Source: Octopus bimaculoides (lineage: Eukaryota). Taken from it: a stretch of 64,000 nt of DNA. Shown here in pieces: positions 38,709-50,506 of the stretch (position 1 is the stretch's first letter; every line of letters starts with the position of its first letter). The position numbers and the translations under genes are program-made. The stretch lies in contig NC_068993.1 in assembly GCF_001194135.2 (NCBI RefSeq), positions 64,549,297-64,613,296 on the forward strand, written 5' to 3'. The notes under the pieces are model-generated. The model ran no database searches and was not told the DNA's origin. It saw nothing but the letters and a program-made list of their open reading frames with translations.

Positions 38709-39657
38709 TCATCATCGCAGTTGATTTCCCGATCGAGTGAAAGAAACTGTCACTGTTTTTTTGTGTCTTTCTTTTTTCAGGTTTTTTTTTCTTTTTGAAC
38801 TGGTGACAGGGACTCAGAATGCAGAGAACTGGGACAGATCTGCAACTCGCAGTGTATCTGCTCCAATGCTCTGATCAATCCACCAGTGCACTCCACACTT
38901 GGATTGGTAATCTATTGATCTAATTTATTATGAATTGCAATAAGAACTTCCACGGGAGCAGAGCCGATGGGAGATTAAACGCTTTTAAAAGACGTTCACA
39001 GAATGTCATCAAGTTTCCCCACCGCATTGTTTAGTCACAGCAGGAAATGCGGTGACCATGAAACTTTTCAGGGCTTCAGAGATTGGTGGGAGAAAGTGTG
39101 GAAGTTATCTTTGGGCAGAGGATCGAATCAAGGAATACTTGGTCTCTGTTAAAGGCAGTGAAAAGAACAGGTGGCATCAAGAAGGTTGCTTTGTGTTCTC
39201 GGCTTGACTGTCATCGCACAAATATTATCTTCCTCTCTTCTCCATCAGCACCACATTCATATCACTTTGCACACCACCCACCACCCTTTCATCATCATTT
39301 TCTCTTCCACTACCCCACCTCTACTACCATATTTCTTTCCTCCCCACCACCACTACCACTCCCACCAGTGCCGTCATATTTCTCTCCACTCCTTTGAAGA
39401 GCAAGATTCCGAAACGTTAAACTTTCCACTTTATATGCGCCAATCAATATTCTTTCTGCAAACTATTCTTTGAATTAATTGCCGACCATGGACACCCTCC
39501 AACCCCCTCCTCCTCCCCCACTCGCTGCTTTTCTTCAATTCCAGACTTTACGCTACAACTATTTTATATCGTTCCCACGCTCTCACTTTTCAATCTGTTT
39601 TTACCAACATCCAAACATTGAACGCTTACGCTCATACTCACGAACACCTGCCCATCG

Positions 39658-39700
<43 letters not shown>

Positions 39701-41172
39701 CACACACACACAGGTAAGCAGTTATACACATTTAAATTATAAAGAACAAGAAGCGGACAAAATCACAAAAATAATCTTTGTACACTAAATGCCTAAATAA
39801 AGACAAACTGCTACCACCATCACCACCACCACCATCGACATCATGGTTAGTTAGAGACTTACCAGCTTCTGGAAGCCAACACGTGACTCTCTACATGATC
39901 GGTTGATCTGCTATAAATCATAACTTAAGGCAGAAGAAACCTCCCCATACAACCAGATAAAAGAACGCATTATATAATGTGATGGATTCATAGTATTTAG
40001 GAAAAAACCGAAATGGTCACGACTGGGATGGCTGTGATCGTACGTTTGTTTGACCCAGGGCTGAACAACAACAACAACAACAACAAATAACACTACCACC
40101 ATGATGGAATTTAATTTATCAGCTTCAGTAAGATATTTTCTCCTCCTCCCCCACTTCCCTCTTCACATCCCTTATTGATCTCACTCTCTCACCCTTACCC
40201 GCACTCCATCTCCTTCCTGTCAGGAATCTTTAAGTTCAGCTGAACAAACCAAACCGATTTCTAATTGGCTAAATGTATGTATATATGCATGTATATACAC
40301 ACATCTATAGATATGTGTGTGTCTATGTATATATAGATGTATGTATGTATATATAGGATAGGGTGCAGGTGTGTCCCTTTATATAAATGAACGCGGGGAA
40401 TTGAAACAGCTGGGCATTTGATTTTTTTTAGGTCAATTTTCACAGATTGAAACACCACACCCTAACCCACCGTCGTTCACCACTGACTGCTCGAACTGGT
40501 ACATTTATACCCCCCCCCCCATGCACTGCTTACTACTCACTGCTACTAACAGTGCTGCTGCTAATACTAGATGTGACAGGGTGATAGTCTCAGTCGGCCA
40601 CTACTAGAACGAGAGTGCCTTGCTTTATAGAACGGAGACGTGTCTGAAGTGGTTTTAATTTCCTTGATCTTAGGAAATAAGGAGGCTGGTCATGGGTGGA
40701 ATGTCTTTGAATTAGACGTAGTAGCAGTATGGGCTTGGGATGTAGATGTGGTGGTAGAATTACTGAATATGCTGGGTGCTAGTGACAAGTGGTGGTGGTG
40801 GTGTGGTGGAGATTTATTATCATAAGACGGTTGGTAAAGTCAGGGGTGAATGGGAGGAGTAGGAAGAGGTATGTGGCAAAATCGTTAGAGCACCCCATAA
40901 ACTACTTGGTGGCACCAAATGACGTTATCTTAACGTTCTGATCTCAAATCTCTCAAGGGTCGAACTCGCCTTCGTTTACGACGCCGACAAAATAACAATT
41001 CCTTAAATAGGCAGAAGGCCATGGATTTTGAGGCGAAGGAACTGTCAATCCGAAAGAGTTACGCGACAATGAAAGGATTTCAGTTCCGGATGGAAGATAT
41101 TAATTATATAGAAACCTCAAACTTTGTTTGACGCACCCATAATTCCCTGCATGATTAAAAATAGCAATTTAT

Positions 41173-41332
41173 AGGTGCAGGCATGGCTGTATGGTAAGAA
41201 GTTGTCTTTCCAACGACATGGTCCTGGGTTCATCCCCACCTGCGTGGCACTTTGGACAAGTGTCTCAATGTAACCTCAGGAGGACCCAAAAATTCCGAGT
41301 GGATTTAGTTGAGGGAAGCTGAAAACCTGTCG
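41173..41332 (+). mobile_element. SINE family B, 5' half, diverged
   Basis: aggtgcaggcatggctgtatggtaagaagttg...gggttcatccccacctgcgtggcactttggacaagtgtctc. Confidence 0.8.
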
Positions 41333-41421
41333 AACGAAAGCACTAAGAAAGAATTATCCAAAATTCTTACTCCCATCATCTTAATAAACAATTTCTCTCT
41401 CTCTCTCTCTCACTCTATCTG

Positions 41422-41454
<33 letters not shown>

Positions 41455-41929
41455 NNNNNNNNNNNNNNNNNNNNNNNNNNNATATATATATATATATATA
41501 TATATATACACGTTGCGGAGCGGGGGCTGTTGTGGGGGGGATGGGTAGATTACCAGCTTTTAAGAAAACTTGGCAGCATCCAGTTAGCGTTGATCGAATA
41601 GACACACCATCCGTCTCAAACCCAACGCTTATTCAGAAAATGTATCTGGGATTACATTATGCAATGCGCCTTTCCTAATGTGTGTGTGTGCGTACGCGCG
41701 TTTTTGCTTACATTTTAGCCAAATAGTAAGGCAGTACTTTTGACCCGTTTACAGAAGCCCCGAAACGAGTGGCTCAGAGATGAGAAGGTGTCCGGAAATC
41801 TGGCACAAATGTTTTCAATGGAATGGACTGTGAGGTGTTAGGTGGGGATGTTAAACCAGGAGATAATCAAGTCTTTGGCAGACTTTGAACTCACAACGTG
41901 AAGTACTGGAATAAACACCACAAGACGTC

Positions 41930-42021
41930 CTGCCGCGCCATCTTACAGTTCCGCCCCTCCCCCTGCGCTCACGGCTTGCGATGTCTTTATCGACTCCTAA
42001 AGCAAAGTCGCGCGCGCACGC

Positions 42022-42059
<38 letters not shown>

Positions 42060-42175
42060 TATGTACCACACTTCACTGTCCCACAACTCTTCTCAACTCT
42101 TTTTCAAGCCTAGCATCTGCACAATACTTTAGCAAAAAACAGATGTGTTGCCATGGTCACGGGCACTTCCTGTGC
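41930..42175. promoter_or_regulatory. Promoter-like motif cluster (YY1-like, GC box, RFX X-box-like, ETS)
   Basis: gcgccatctt (41935-41944), ccgcccctccccc (41951-41963), cagatg E-box (42140), gttgccatggtcac (42147-42160), cacttcctgt (42164-42173) in locally CpG-richer, non-repeat DNA. Confidence 0.4.
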
Positions 42176-42727
42176 GTTGGAAAGGAAATTTGAGATCGCT
42201 GAAAGAGTTGATGGGAAAATGAAAACCGAAGACAAGTTAATCAAGTGCAAGAAGTCATTTTGTGGAGAAATAAGGTTGAAGGAACCATGATAACTCGTCA
42301 TGTTCCACTCAGTCAGTATAAGAGGGGGAGGGGTAGATTTTATGGTATTGGTTGTTGTTGTAGTCGTTGGGTTTCAGGTTGTGTTTGGTTGAGCAGATTT
42401 ATGTTCAAAGATATTCCAGCCCGCACCATCTACATGATTGGCAAAAGTGGTTGTTTCTGTACTTAAAAAGTGAGTGGAAAGAATTTATTAAGTTGTTATT
42501 TCTAGCATTTTAAACAACCACGTTGAATCTCGCAGGTCATAAATTTGGCAGCACGTGACGACGTTCTGCATCAAAAGCTGATTTGAGAGTTTCTCTCATG
42601 GAATCTACTCCAATAAAGGTTGTTTTAACAGAACATCCACGCTTAAATGGATTAACTATTAAGCTGTAATTTGTGGTTATAGTGGTGGTGGTGGTGGTGG
42701 TATTTGATATTCATAGTGTATATAAAT

Positions 42728-42765
<38 letters not shown>

Positions 42766-42911
42766 GTATTTCACTGGGGAAGACTGGTTTATGGGATTAA
42801 CCTGGGATTCCCGTCCATGAAGGGTTTAACTTTATGGCGTGTCGTCAGACCCCAAAACCTGTTGGTCTCTGACCTCTTCAAAATATGGAGGGGAAAAGGC
42901 CTCGTACGAAT

Positions 42912-43059
42912 GTAAACAAGGGGATTATCTCCCTTTGCCATTGGCTATCGACTTCCGACTGTGCCACCATCTTGCTGTCTCCAAAAAGCTACAAAGGTAA
43001 ACAAGGGGATTATCTCCTTTTGCCATTGGCTATCGACTTCCGGCTACGGCGCTATCTTG
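42912..43059. promoter_or_regulatory. Tandemly duplicated 63-bp module (period 85) carrying Fox, GGATTA, CCAAT, ETS and YY1-like motifs
   Basis: Copies 42912-42974 and 42997-43059 share 45 of the first 46 nt. The duplication is certain; the regulatory role is inferred. Confidence 0.5.
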
Positions 43060-43763
43060 TGCATCCCGAAACGCCTGCAGGAATTTCCTAAAATGCAAGC
43101 ATGGCAGGAAAATGTCTGCTCTGAAGTTAAACATGCGCCCTGGCTCGAGAAAGTCTTTTAGGATTCTCGCAAACGTACGTGTATGTGTGTGTGTGTGTAA
43201 TTACTATATATGAAAGCGCATTATCACTCACAAACATATTTAGGATCGCAGGCGAGGAGGTGACCTTTGTGCAGAATACTCTTTGTTCAAAGGCTTGCTC
43301 AATCAGTGCTTACTTCAGACTAAATAACAATAACAACAACGACTTCCACTTGAGACAAATGAAGAAACTATTTAATTGTTCTAATTAAAACGTCTGACGA
43401 CGGTTTTATGTTTGTCTTGGTAACCATTTCACATCACACACAACCTCATACGCAATCACACAAACATGAAACACATACACTACGCTAATATAATCTATTC
43501 ACTAATCCGGCAACCAAAGCTTAGCTTTAATTTTTTGTTGTGAGTTTTTATTTTTCTACACTTTATTTTCTACAATTCACCAAAAGATTCATCAATTAGT
43601 TAAACATCTGAAGAGAATTCAAAATTTACAATGGAGCTTTCTGTTATTGTTTTTATTTATATTTCAGTTAGCATCAGCTTCTTTTGTCTAATTTCTTCTC
43701 TATATATATTTCTAAGTTTATCTATCTATCTATCTATCTATCCACACACACACATATATATAC

Positions 43764-43798
<35 letters not shown>

Positions 43799-43884
43799 CA
43801 AACATGTATGTACATAAATATAATGAATAGAACGATAGACCTGTGAGTGTATGTATGCAGTCACCGACTCTTCCACAAACGTAC

Positions 43885-43926
<42 letters not shown>

Positions 43927-44849
43927 CGCATATGTATGCATGCACAGATATATTTATACATATAGAAAAATGCACACACATACACACACACACACACACT
44001 TATAATGTCTTCGTTTTTTGACATTGATCTTGAGCAAGGTTAAAGAAAATAGAGCCAAGAATAACATCATCATCATCATCATCATCATCACATGCACGCA
44101 CAAAAGTTATCTGAAGGAAAAATAAAATAATAAAGAAACCTCTAAAAATATTTTCATTGTATTTCTTGGCTGATTCTGAGACTTCAATATTTATTTATTT
44201 TTTTTTTTTTTTACTTAAAGACTTCGTATTACGATTTCTCATCAAAGCATGAAATTAAAAGAAACCAGTTCTCACTCTCCCTCGCTCTCATATCTCTCTC
44301 TTCTCTCCTCTCTCTCTCTCCCTCTGTATCCCTCTCCCTGTTTCTCTTTTTGCATTTCTCTCAAAATCTCTGTTTATAGAAATTATTCGTTGTTCGTAAT
44401 TTTATTGTTGTACACGCGCGCACGCACAACCACAAACACACTTAAATATGCTCTTGTATATGTATGTGTGTGTGAGTGCGTGTGTGCATATGTGTACATA
44501 TGTATGATACAAACATATGTATATATGCACGTACATAGAGAGACAGGGAAGTGGGGAAACAAAAAGGAGAGAGGAGTGATCTGAACTAAGAGAAATAATT
44601 CTGGGTACTCAATGGTTTGAATATGAACAACAAAGAAAAATAAACGTGTATCTAATACAATACCACATAAATACTTGGTGCACGATAATTATGTCCTCCT
44701 GTAGAAGATATATGCAAGTATAACCAAATGGGAATGAAGACCAAAACCGCCTGAGAAGGGGAGATAATCCAAAGAACCAAAAATTTCCAAAACTTGATAT
44801 GGCGTTAAGGAAAAGGACAGGTTTATAATCTGAAGATAAGACTGTCGTA

Positions 44850-45082
44850 CACACGTGTTCCTGGCTAGATTGCCGTCGTCAGTTTGGTTATTGTTCCACC
44901 TTATGTCCGGTTTGTCTTCAAGCAACTAGTGTTCATTGCTAAGGCGTGAAAACCATGCATAAACTTGTTTTGCTCATAGCAGCATCCTTATTAGCTGTTT
45001 GAAGAATAACTGTTTTGGCAGCCGTTCTCCCCTGCAGAAAACAGAATTTCACGGAAGCACGCTGTTCTTTTGTTCCAGCCAT
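44850..45082 (-). mobile_element. Mariner transposase N-terminus, pseudogenised
   Basis: MAGTKEQRASVKFCFLQGRTAAKTVILQTANKDAAMSKT / VYAWFSRLSNEH*LLEDKP matches the mariner HTH region (EQR..IKFCF.LGK...ET...L..AY....VY.WF.RF......LED.PRSGRP); contains a frameshift and a stop. Confidence 0.8.
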
Positions 45083-45573
45083 TGCTGTTTTACACACACA
45101 CTGTCAATCTGGGCAAAATAGTATATAGGTTCTCTGTTCGTACACCAGGCTAAGAATATCGTTTAGATTCGTAAAGCACACCGCATATTTTTGTGGTAAG
45201 GTCCGAGATTATCACCATTCTATATTGTAAACGAATGCTTGTGTTCCAGTTATATTGGCTTATACGCAGTGGTATACAAGAGGAGGAAGACATAAACACT
45301 GGTCATTTCATATTTTCCTTTCTCGTAGGAAAATTGACTTACAGATGTTTCCAATAGTGATTTTAGGATCGTTCTTGACAGTTTTACTCAAATAGCTAGA
45401 ACTGACTCTGGCGAGAACATAACATTCTTTTCTGGTTCATTCAATTCTTCTCAACCGATCACTGGGCCGAACGAGTAAACGTATCAATAATGAACCTATA
45501 ACGATTACTGGAAACAGCTGTAAGTCAGTTTCTGCAATAAAGAAAAATGTTATACCCAATATTCATGCCTTGC

Positions 45574-45659
<86 letters not shown>

Positions 45660-46263
45660 GTTTCTATGTATGTACATTTTCCATTATTTCCTGCTGTAGA
45701 TTTTGTTGCCATTGGTGATAATATTTTGATGGTTGTTGATGCTGTAAAAGAAGCTCTTCCACCCCTACCCCCACCTCTTCTACATCATATTAGAAATTGT
45801 TTGTTGTCCTGATTGCTAGAAAGCGTTGATGATGGTTGTATCGTCATTGCTTTTGTTGTTGTTACGTTTGGGTGGGGGTGTGGTCGTGGGGGTGTGGCAG
45901 TAGCGATGATGCTACTGGAGTTATTTGATCTTCCCTAAAATCTACATTATTATTATTGTCATTATTATTATTATTATTATTATTATCTGTCAGTTAAAAA
46001 AAATGATAGATTATCTGATAAAGCAGTTTATCTAAATTCATACTTAAAATGTAATGACTTCTTTTGTTGGTAAGGTTATTAAATGCGCACACACACACAT
46101 ACACACACAAGCGCACACAAACATATATAAATACATACGACGTACGCAGACACACATAAACTCGCTCAAGCAAAAGTAAGTGTATACAAATACACATACG
46201 TATTATACATTTACAAATATAGGTACATATTTATATGTGTATATATATATATATGTATGTGTG

Positions 46264-46294
<31 letters not shown>

Positions 46295-46392
46295 GTGTGT
46301 ATATATATATATATATGTTGGTGTGTATATATATATATATATGAATACACATAGGTACACATATGTATGCGTATTTAAATTACATGTGGAAT

Positions 46393-46528
<136 letters not shown>

Positions 46529-46617
46529 CGCGTGTAATTAATTCCAGGGGTACGGATTTGTCACTCACTATCCCACTCTGATGAAGCGTTACATGATTAC
46601 ACTAAAGTTACACTTGT

Positions 46618-46860
46618 CTCTGATTGGCTCAAATCCAGGAGTAGATAATTCACTAGACTGAGCTGTGTTTCTCCTACTTTCTGATTAGCGCCTCCTCCTT
46701 TATTCTACGCTCCCTTTGAAGTATTTCAAAGCCCACCAATCTTTCTAATACTCGCAATATCAGGCCAGATAATTTGGTTCCGTGTACTAGTTTCATACGG
46801 CTGTGCATTTAGCAGAGCATCACAGTCCCATTGCTGAATATTTCATGCATCATTGGTTAA
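46618..46860. promoter_or_regulatory. Candidate cis-regulatory element: CCAAT boxes plus inverted TCF/LEF-like pair
   Basis: ctgattggct (46620), CTTTGAAgtatTTCAAAG (46714-46731), ccaccaatc (46733), cattgg (46851). Confidence 0.3.
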
Positions 46861-46991
46861 CATTTAGCACATGATTTTCGCTCAAATCCAGTATCCATTC
46901 GTCGTACTTCATATATACACCTTCGCCTGTCGTAGAAATTTATCTATATATTCCGATTAAAATTTTCTATATGTTCACACACAAACATACA

Positions 46992-47600
46992 CACCTGCGA
47001 TTTGCAGATGATACCGTACTCATCGCTGAAATCATAGATCAGCAGCAAAGCACCGACGAGATGGACGCTCAAAACTCAGCTGTAAGCCTTACACTGAATC
47101 ACATCAAAACAAAATTCATGCGCTCTCGAATCTATTACAATGTTGAATAGAGGTGGGAAGCGATTAAGCCGAAGAACTAAAGGAATATGTCTATTTTGGA
47201 GACACACTGAATATGTGCCGAGATATTTACGCTGAAATCTCGAGGAGAACAAGGGTTGGATAGAAGATGTTTACCTCGGTAAACGATGAGCTCAAAGTGA
47301 AGTTGGACAACAGACTACGTGCCAGTCTCTTCTGTCTTAGATGCACTCTTATATGCAAATGAGACGTGGAAGAGGGAAGAACATCGATTGAGTAAGACGC
47401 AAAGGGCTATGGAAAGAGCCATGCTAGGATACTCATTGCGAGAGCATGTGTGAAGTAAGATAACTCGAGAACGGAGCGACGTGAACGATGTGATCGCAAA
47501 ATCCCCAAGGCTCAACTTCCACTTGTCCAGATATGCCGCAAAACTTCACAGGCAATAGGCTGACACACGCAGCAACCAAGTTTAATCCAAGAGATCTCTC
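46992..47600 (+). mobile_element. RTE-clade LINE reverse transcriptase fragment, decayed
   Basis: HLRFADDTVLIAE...TKFMR, EYVYFG...EISRRTRVG*, VLDALLYANETW, LSKTQRAMERAMLGYSL; stops and frameshifts. Confidence 0.85.
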
Positions 47601-48240
47601 ATTTCGTAGTAGTGTGGATTCAAATGTCAAATGCTCGAATTTGAAAGAATTTGAAATCCGTTATCAGAACGCATTCAAATACAACGGCAGCAATTTAAAG
47701 AACCTCATGTGAAGCAGATCCCTTGAAGTACCCATCTAGAAACTCGCTACAATAAAAATTTCTTTATATTTCCATCTTAAACTCTATTAAGCTAAAGAGA
47801 ACAATAGAAGTATTCTAGTGACATCTTCAAAGCAACACTGATCAGAAAGTAAAAATTTCAAATTAAATCTATTTGAAAATAGCTTCCAAAATCTTGTGTA
47901 ATACTGTTAGCGTTATCTGCTTTAACTAAACAACATTACGTAGTTATAGTCACTGTTGCTATTTAAATATTTATTTAAATATTCACCTACATATAGCCAC
48001 TATATAAATATTTACCTAAACATAAGCTTTATTTTATAAATATTTACCTGATGATTGCAGTGAAATATGAAAGACGTTGTGGAAATACAAACAAATACAC
48101 AAACAATGATTTGTGGAAAGCCGGCTTTGATGGAGATTGATTGACTTGTATGTATTTTCTCTAAACACATTTACTGGATGTGAAGTATGTATAAGTGTAC
48201 ATCTGTGTGTGTGTGCGTTTGTCTCTCTGAGTATATTCTG

Positions 48241-48620
48241 AGGCACAGACGTGGATGTGTGGTAAGAAATTACTTTCCAACCACATGGTTCTGGGTTCAG
48301 TCCCACTGCATGGCGACTTAGGCATGTATCTTCTACTATAGCCTCAGGCTAACCAAAGCCTTGTGAGTGGATTTGGTAGACGGAAACTGAAATAGGCTTA
48401 TCGTATATATATATGTATATATCTGTGTGTGCGCGTGTGTCTTTGTGTCCGAGTTTGTCCGCTCATCACCGTTTGACAACCGGTGTTGGTGTAAGTCCAC
48501 ATAACACTAGCAGTTAGAATAAGAACCAGGTTTTCAAATAAGTCCTGTGGTCAATTGAGCGACGAAAACACTCCAAGGCGGGGTTCTTTCATGGCCGTAG
48601 TTAAATGATTGAAACAAGTA
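48241..48620 (+). mobile_element. SINE family B, full length
   Basis: aaccacatggttctgggttcagtcccactgc...ccaaagccttgtgagtggatttggtagacggaaactgaaa...ttcatggccgtagttaaatgattgaaacaagta. Confidence 0.9.
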
Positions 48621-48825
48621 TATATATATATATATATATATATATCTATATATATATATATATATATATACACGCGCGCACACGCACATATATTCAAAAT
48701 TCAAATAAGTTATCTTCAGAAGAAATAATAATGAAGTGGCCAGCAAACAATCCAAATATGCAAAATATATATATATTAAACAATATGTACCTGTTTGCTT
48801 GAAAGAAGATTTAAAACTCTCCAAA

Positions 48826-48987
48826 CTCTCACTATATGTAAACTCGCACGGAGAAATTAGGAAATGCATTTAGAAAAACGGTTGTCCCCATTCGTAAGAC
48901 TACTCTCCTCTTTGTAGTTTTACGGGGATGACCGGTTTTCTAAATGTATTTGCTACGTTCTCTGTGCGAGTTTACATATAGTGAGAG
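48826..48987. mobile_element. Fold-back palindromic element (MITE-like), 162 bp
   Basis: About 75-bp inverted arms (outer 30 bp with one mismatch: ctctcactatatgtaaactcgcacggagaa / ttctctgtgcgagtttacatatagtgagag), 10-nt loop tctcctcttt; no clear TSD. Confidence 0.7.
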
Positions 48988-49032
48988 ATGCTGTGTTCAT
49001 TATTATTATTATTGTTATTATTATTATTATTA

Positions 49033-49063
<31 letters not shown>

Positions 49064-49089
49064 GTTTGACTTTTGCTTTACATCTGTAC

Positions 49090-49530
49090 AAGTTGGCTCC
49101 AAGTCTCACCCAGTGGGGCACCTGACGGGTGCGGCTCCTTCTTCATTATTTCCAGTCCCGTTCACACCATTATCGTCAGTTTGTTTGCTTGACATTTTCA
49201 CTCACAAACGAGGTGTGTTTTTAGGTTACTACCAACTGGTATTTTTATTGAGACACCATCTCTATCAAGGTAGTACGCCAAGGTGGCAGAGGCCTTGCTC
49301 CCCTGGTTTTGAACTCTGAGTGGTTTTTCTGCTAGGCTGCTTGCCATCCAAGGCTCACTAGTACACCCAACCCAGAGCACTGGTTATGTGAAGGCGCCAG
49401 ATACTCACCTCTTCCTACTCTTTTCCTGTTGGTTTGGCGAAGGAGTCGGGTTTGACTGTCAGAGGATACGTCTTGCGCAGGCCATTGGGGCATTTTATAC
49501 GTAATGGGCGCTCAACTCCCCTCACCACCC
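49090..49530 (-). mobile_element. Possible 5' region of an RTE-like LINE
   Basis: GC-richer block; minus gagccttggatggcaagcagcctagcagaaaaaccactcagagttcaaaacc resembles RTE 5' UTRs from memory; no protein evidence. Confidence 0.3.
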
Positions 49531-49604
49531 TGACATTGGCAAAAAGGAAAAAAACCCATTATTATTATCATTATTGTTGTTATTATCATCATCATTATTA
49601 TTTC

Positions 49605-49762
49605 AAATTTAGCCACACGTCCAGCCAGAGGGTTTGGTCGATCACCAACCCCTGTGCTTGACTGATACTTATTTCATTGACCCCAAAAGGATGAAAGACA
49701 AAGTTGGTATCAGCACAATCTGAGCTTTGCACGCAAATAGTCAGAGGAAACGATGCTAGCGT

Positions 49763-49765
<3 letters not shown>
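49605..49765 (-). mobile_element. SINE family A, highly diverged
   Basis: gatacttatttcattgaccccaaaaggatgaaagacaaagttgg. Confidence 0.65.
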
Positions 49766-49795
<30 letters not shown>

Positions 49796-50462
49796 GTAGT
49801 AGTAGAACATAGGCAAAGTTTGGCTATATATGGAGGAAATATTGCGTTACTTTATCCATATTTGGAGAATGAAGAAAAATATAAGCGAAAGAACACAAGG
49901 TGTTCTTTTATATTACAAAATATTAAAGACCTAAATATATTATACATTGTAACACATTCTCCGTGAGAGAAAGCAATTTTCGATTTGTGCATTTGCTGGT
50001 TCAATGTTTGCAAATTGATGCATGTTTCGTTCAATATATGGTTAAAAAAAACAACCTAGGCATTTAGGAATATTTCATCAGATGAAGTAATTATTTTGTT
50101 CTCCCAAAACTTAATTAGGCGTTTGTTTTATGCTTAAATTGTGATGGTCTAATAATAAGGAAGCCTGTATGATGACTGTAATTGGTACACAATTCAGTAC
50201 TCAATTTCTGCTGGCCTAATAAGTTGGGAGTCTGTGTTAAGAGTGTAGCGAGTACACAATTCCATACATTGAGGTGGAAGTAAAACGTGCAGTAAATCAC
50301 ACATTTCCTGTTTAATTATAAGTTTCGATGAAGAGGTGTGTGCACATAAAGAACTATGATTGAAAGCGACAGAAGAGATGGGAAGTGGGGAGACGAATGT
50401 AAGATGGAAAGAGACGACCGACCGCTTACTTATAGAAGCTTATACAAACATATACAGATGTG

Positions 50463-50506
<44 letters not shown>

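Noticed and set aside
39000-39150. Strong minus-strand acceptor (ctttaacAG near 39147)
   Set aside because: All three frames hit stops within 70 nt and there is no nearby good donor.
40640-40830. Minus-strand peptide SPPHHHHHLSLAPSIFSNSTTTSTSQAHT
   Set aside because: Bounded by stops with no ATG or acceptor AG upstream of the His tract.
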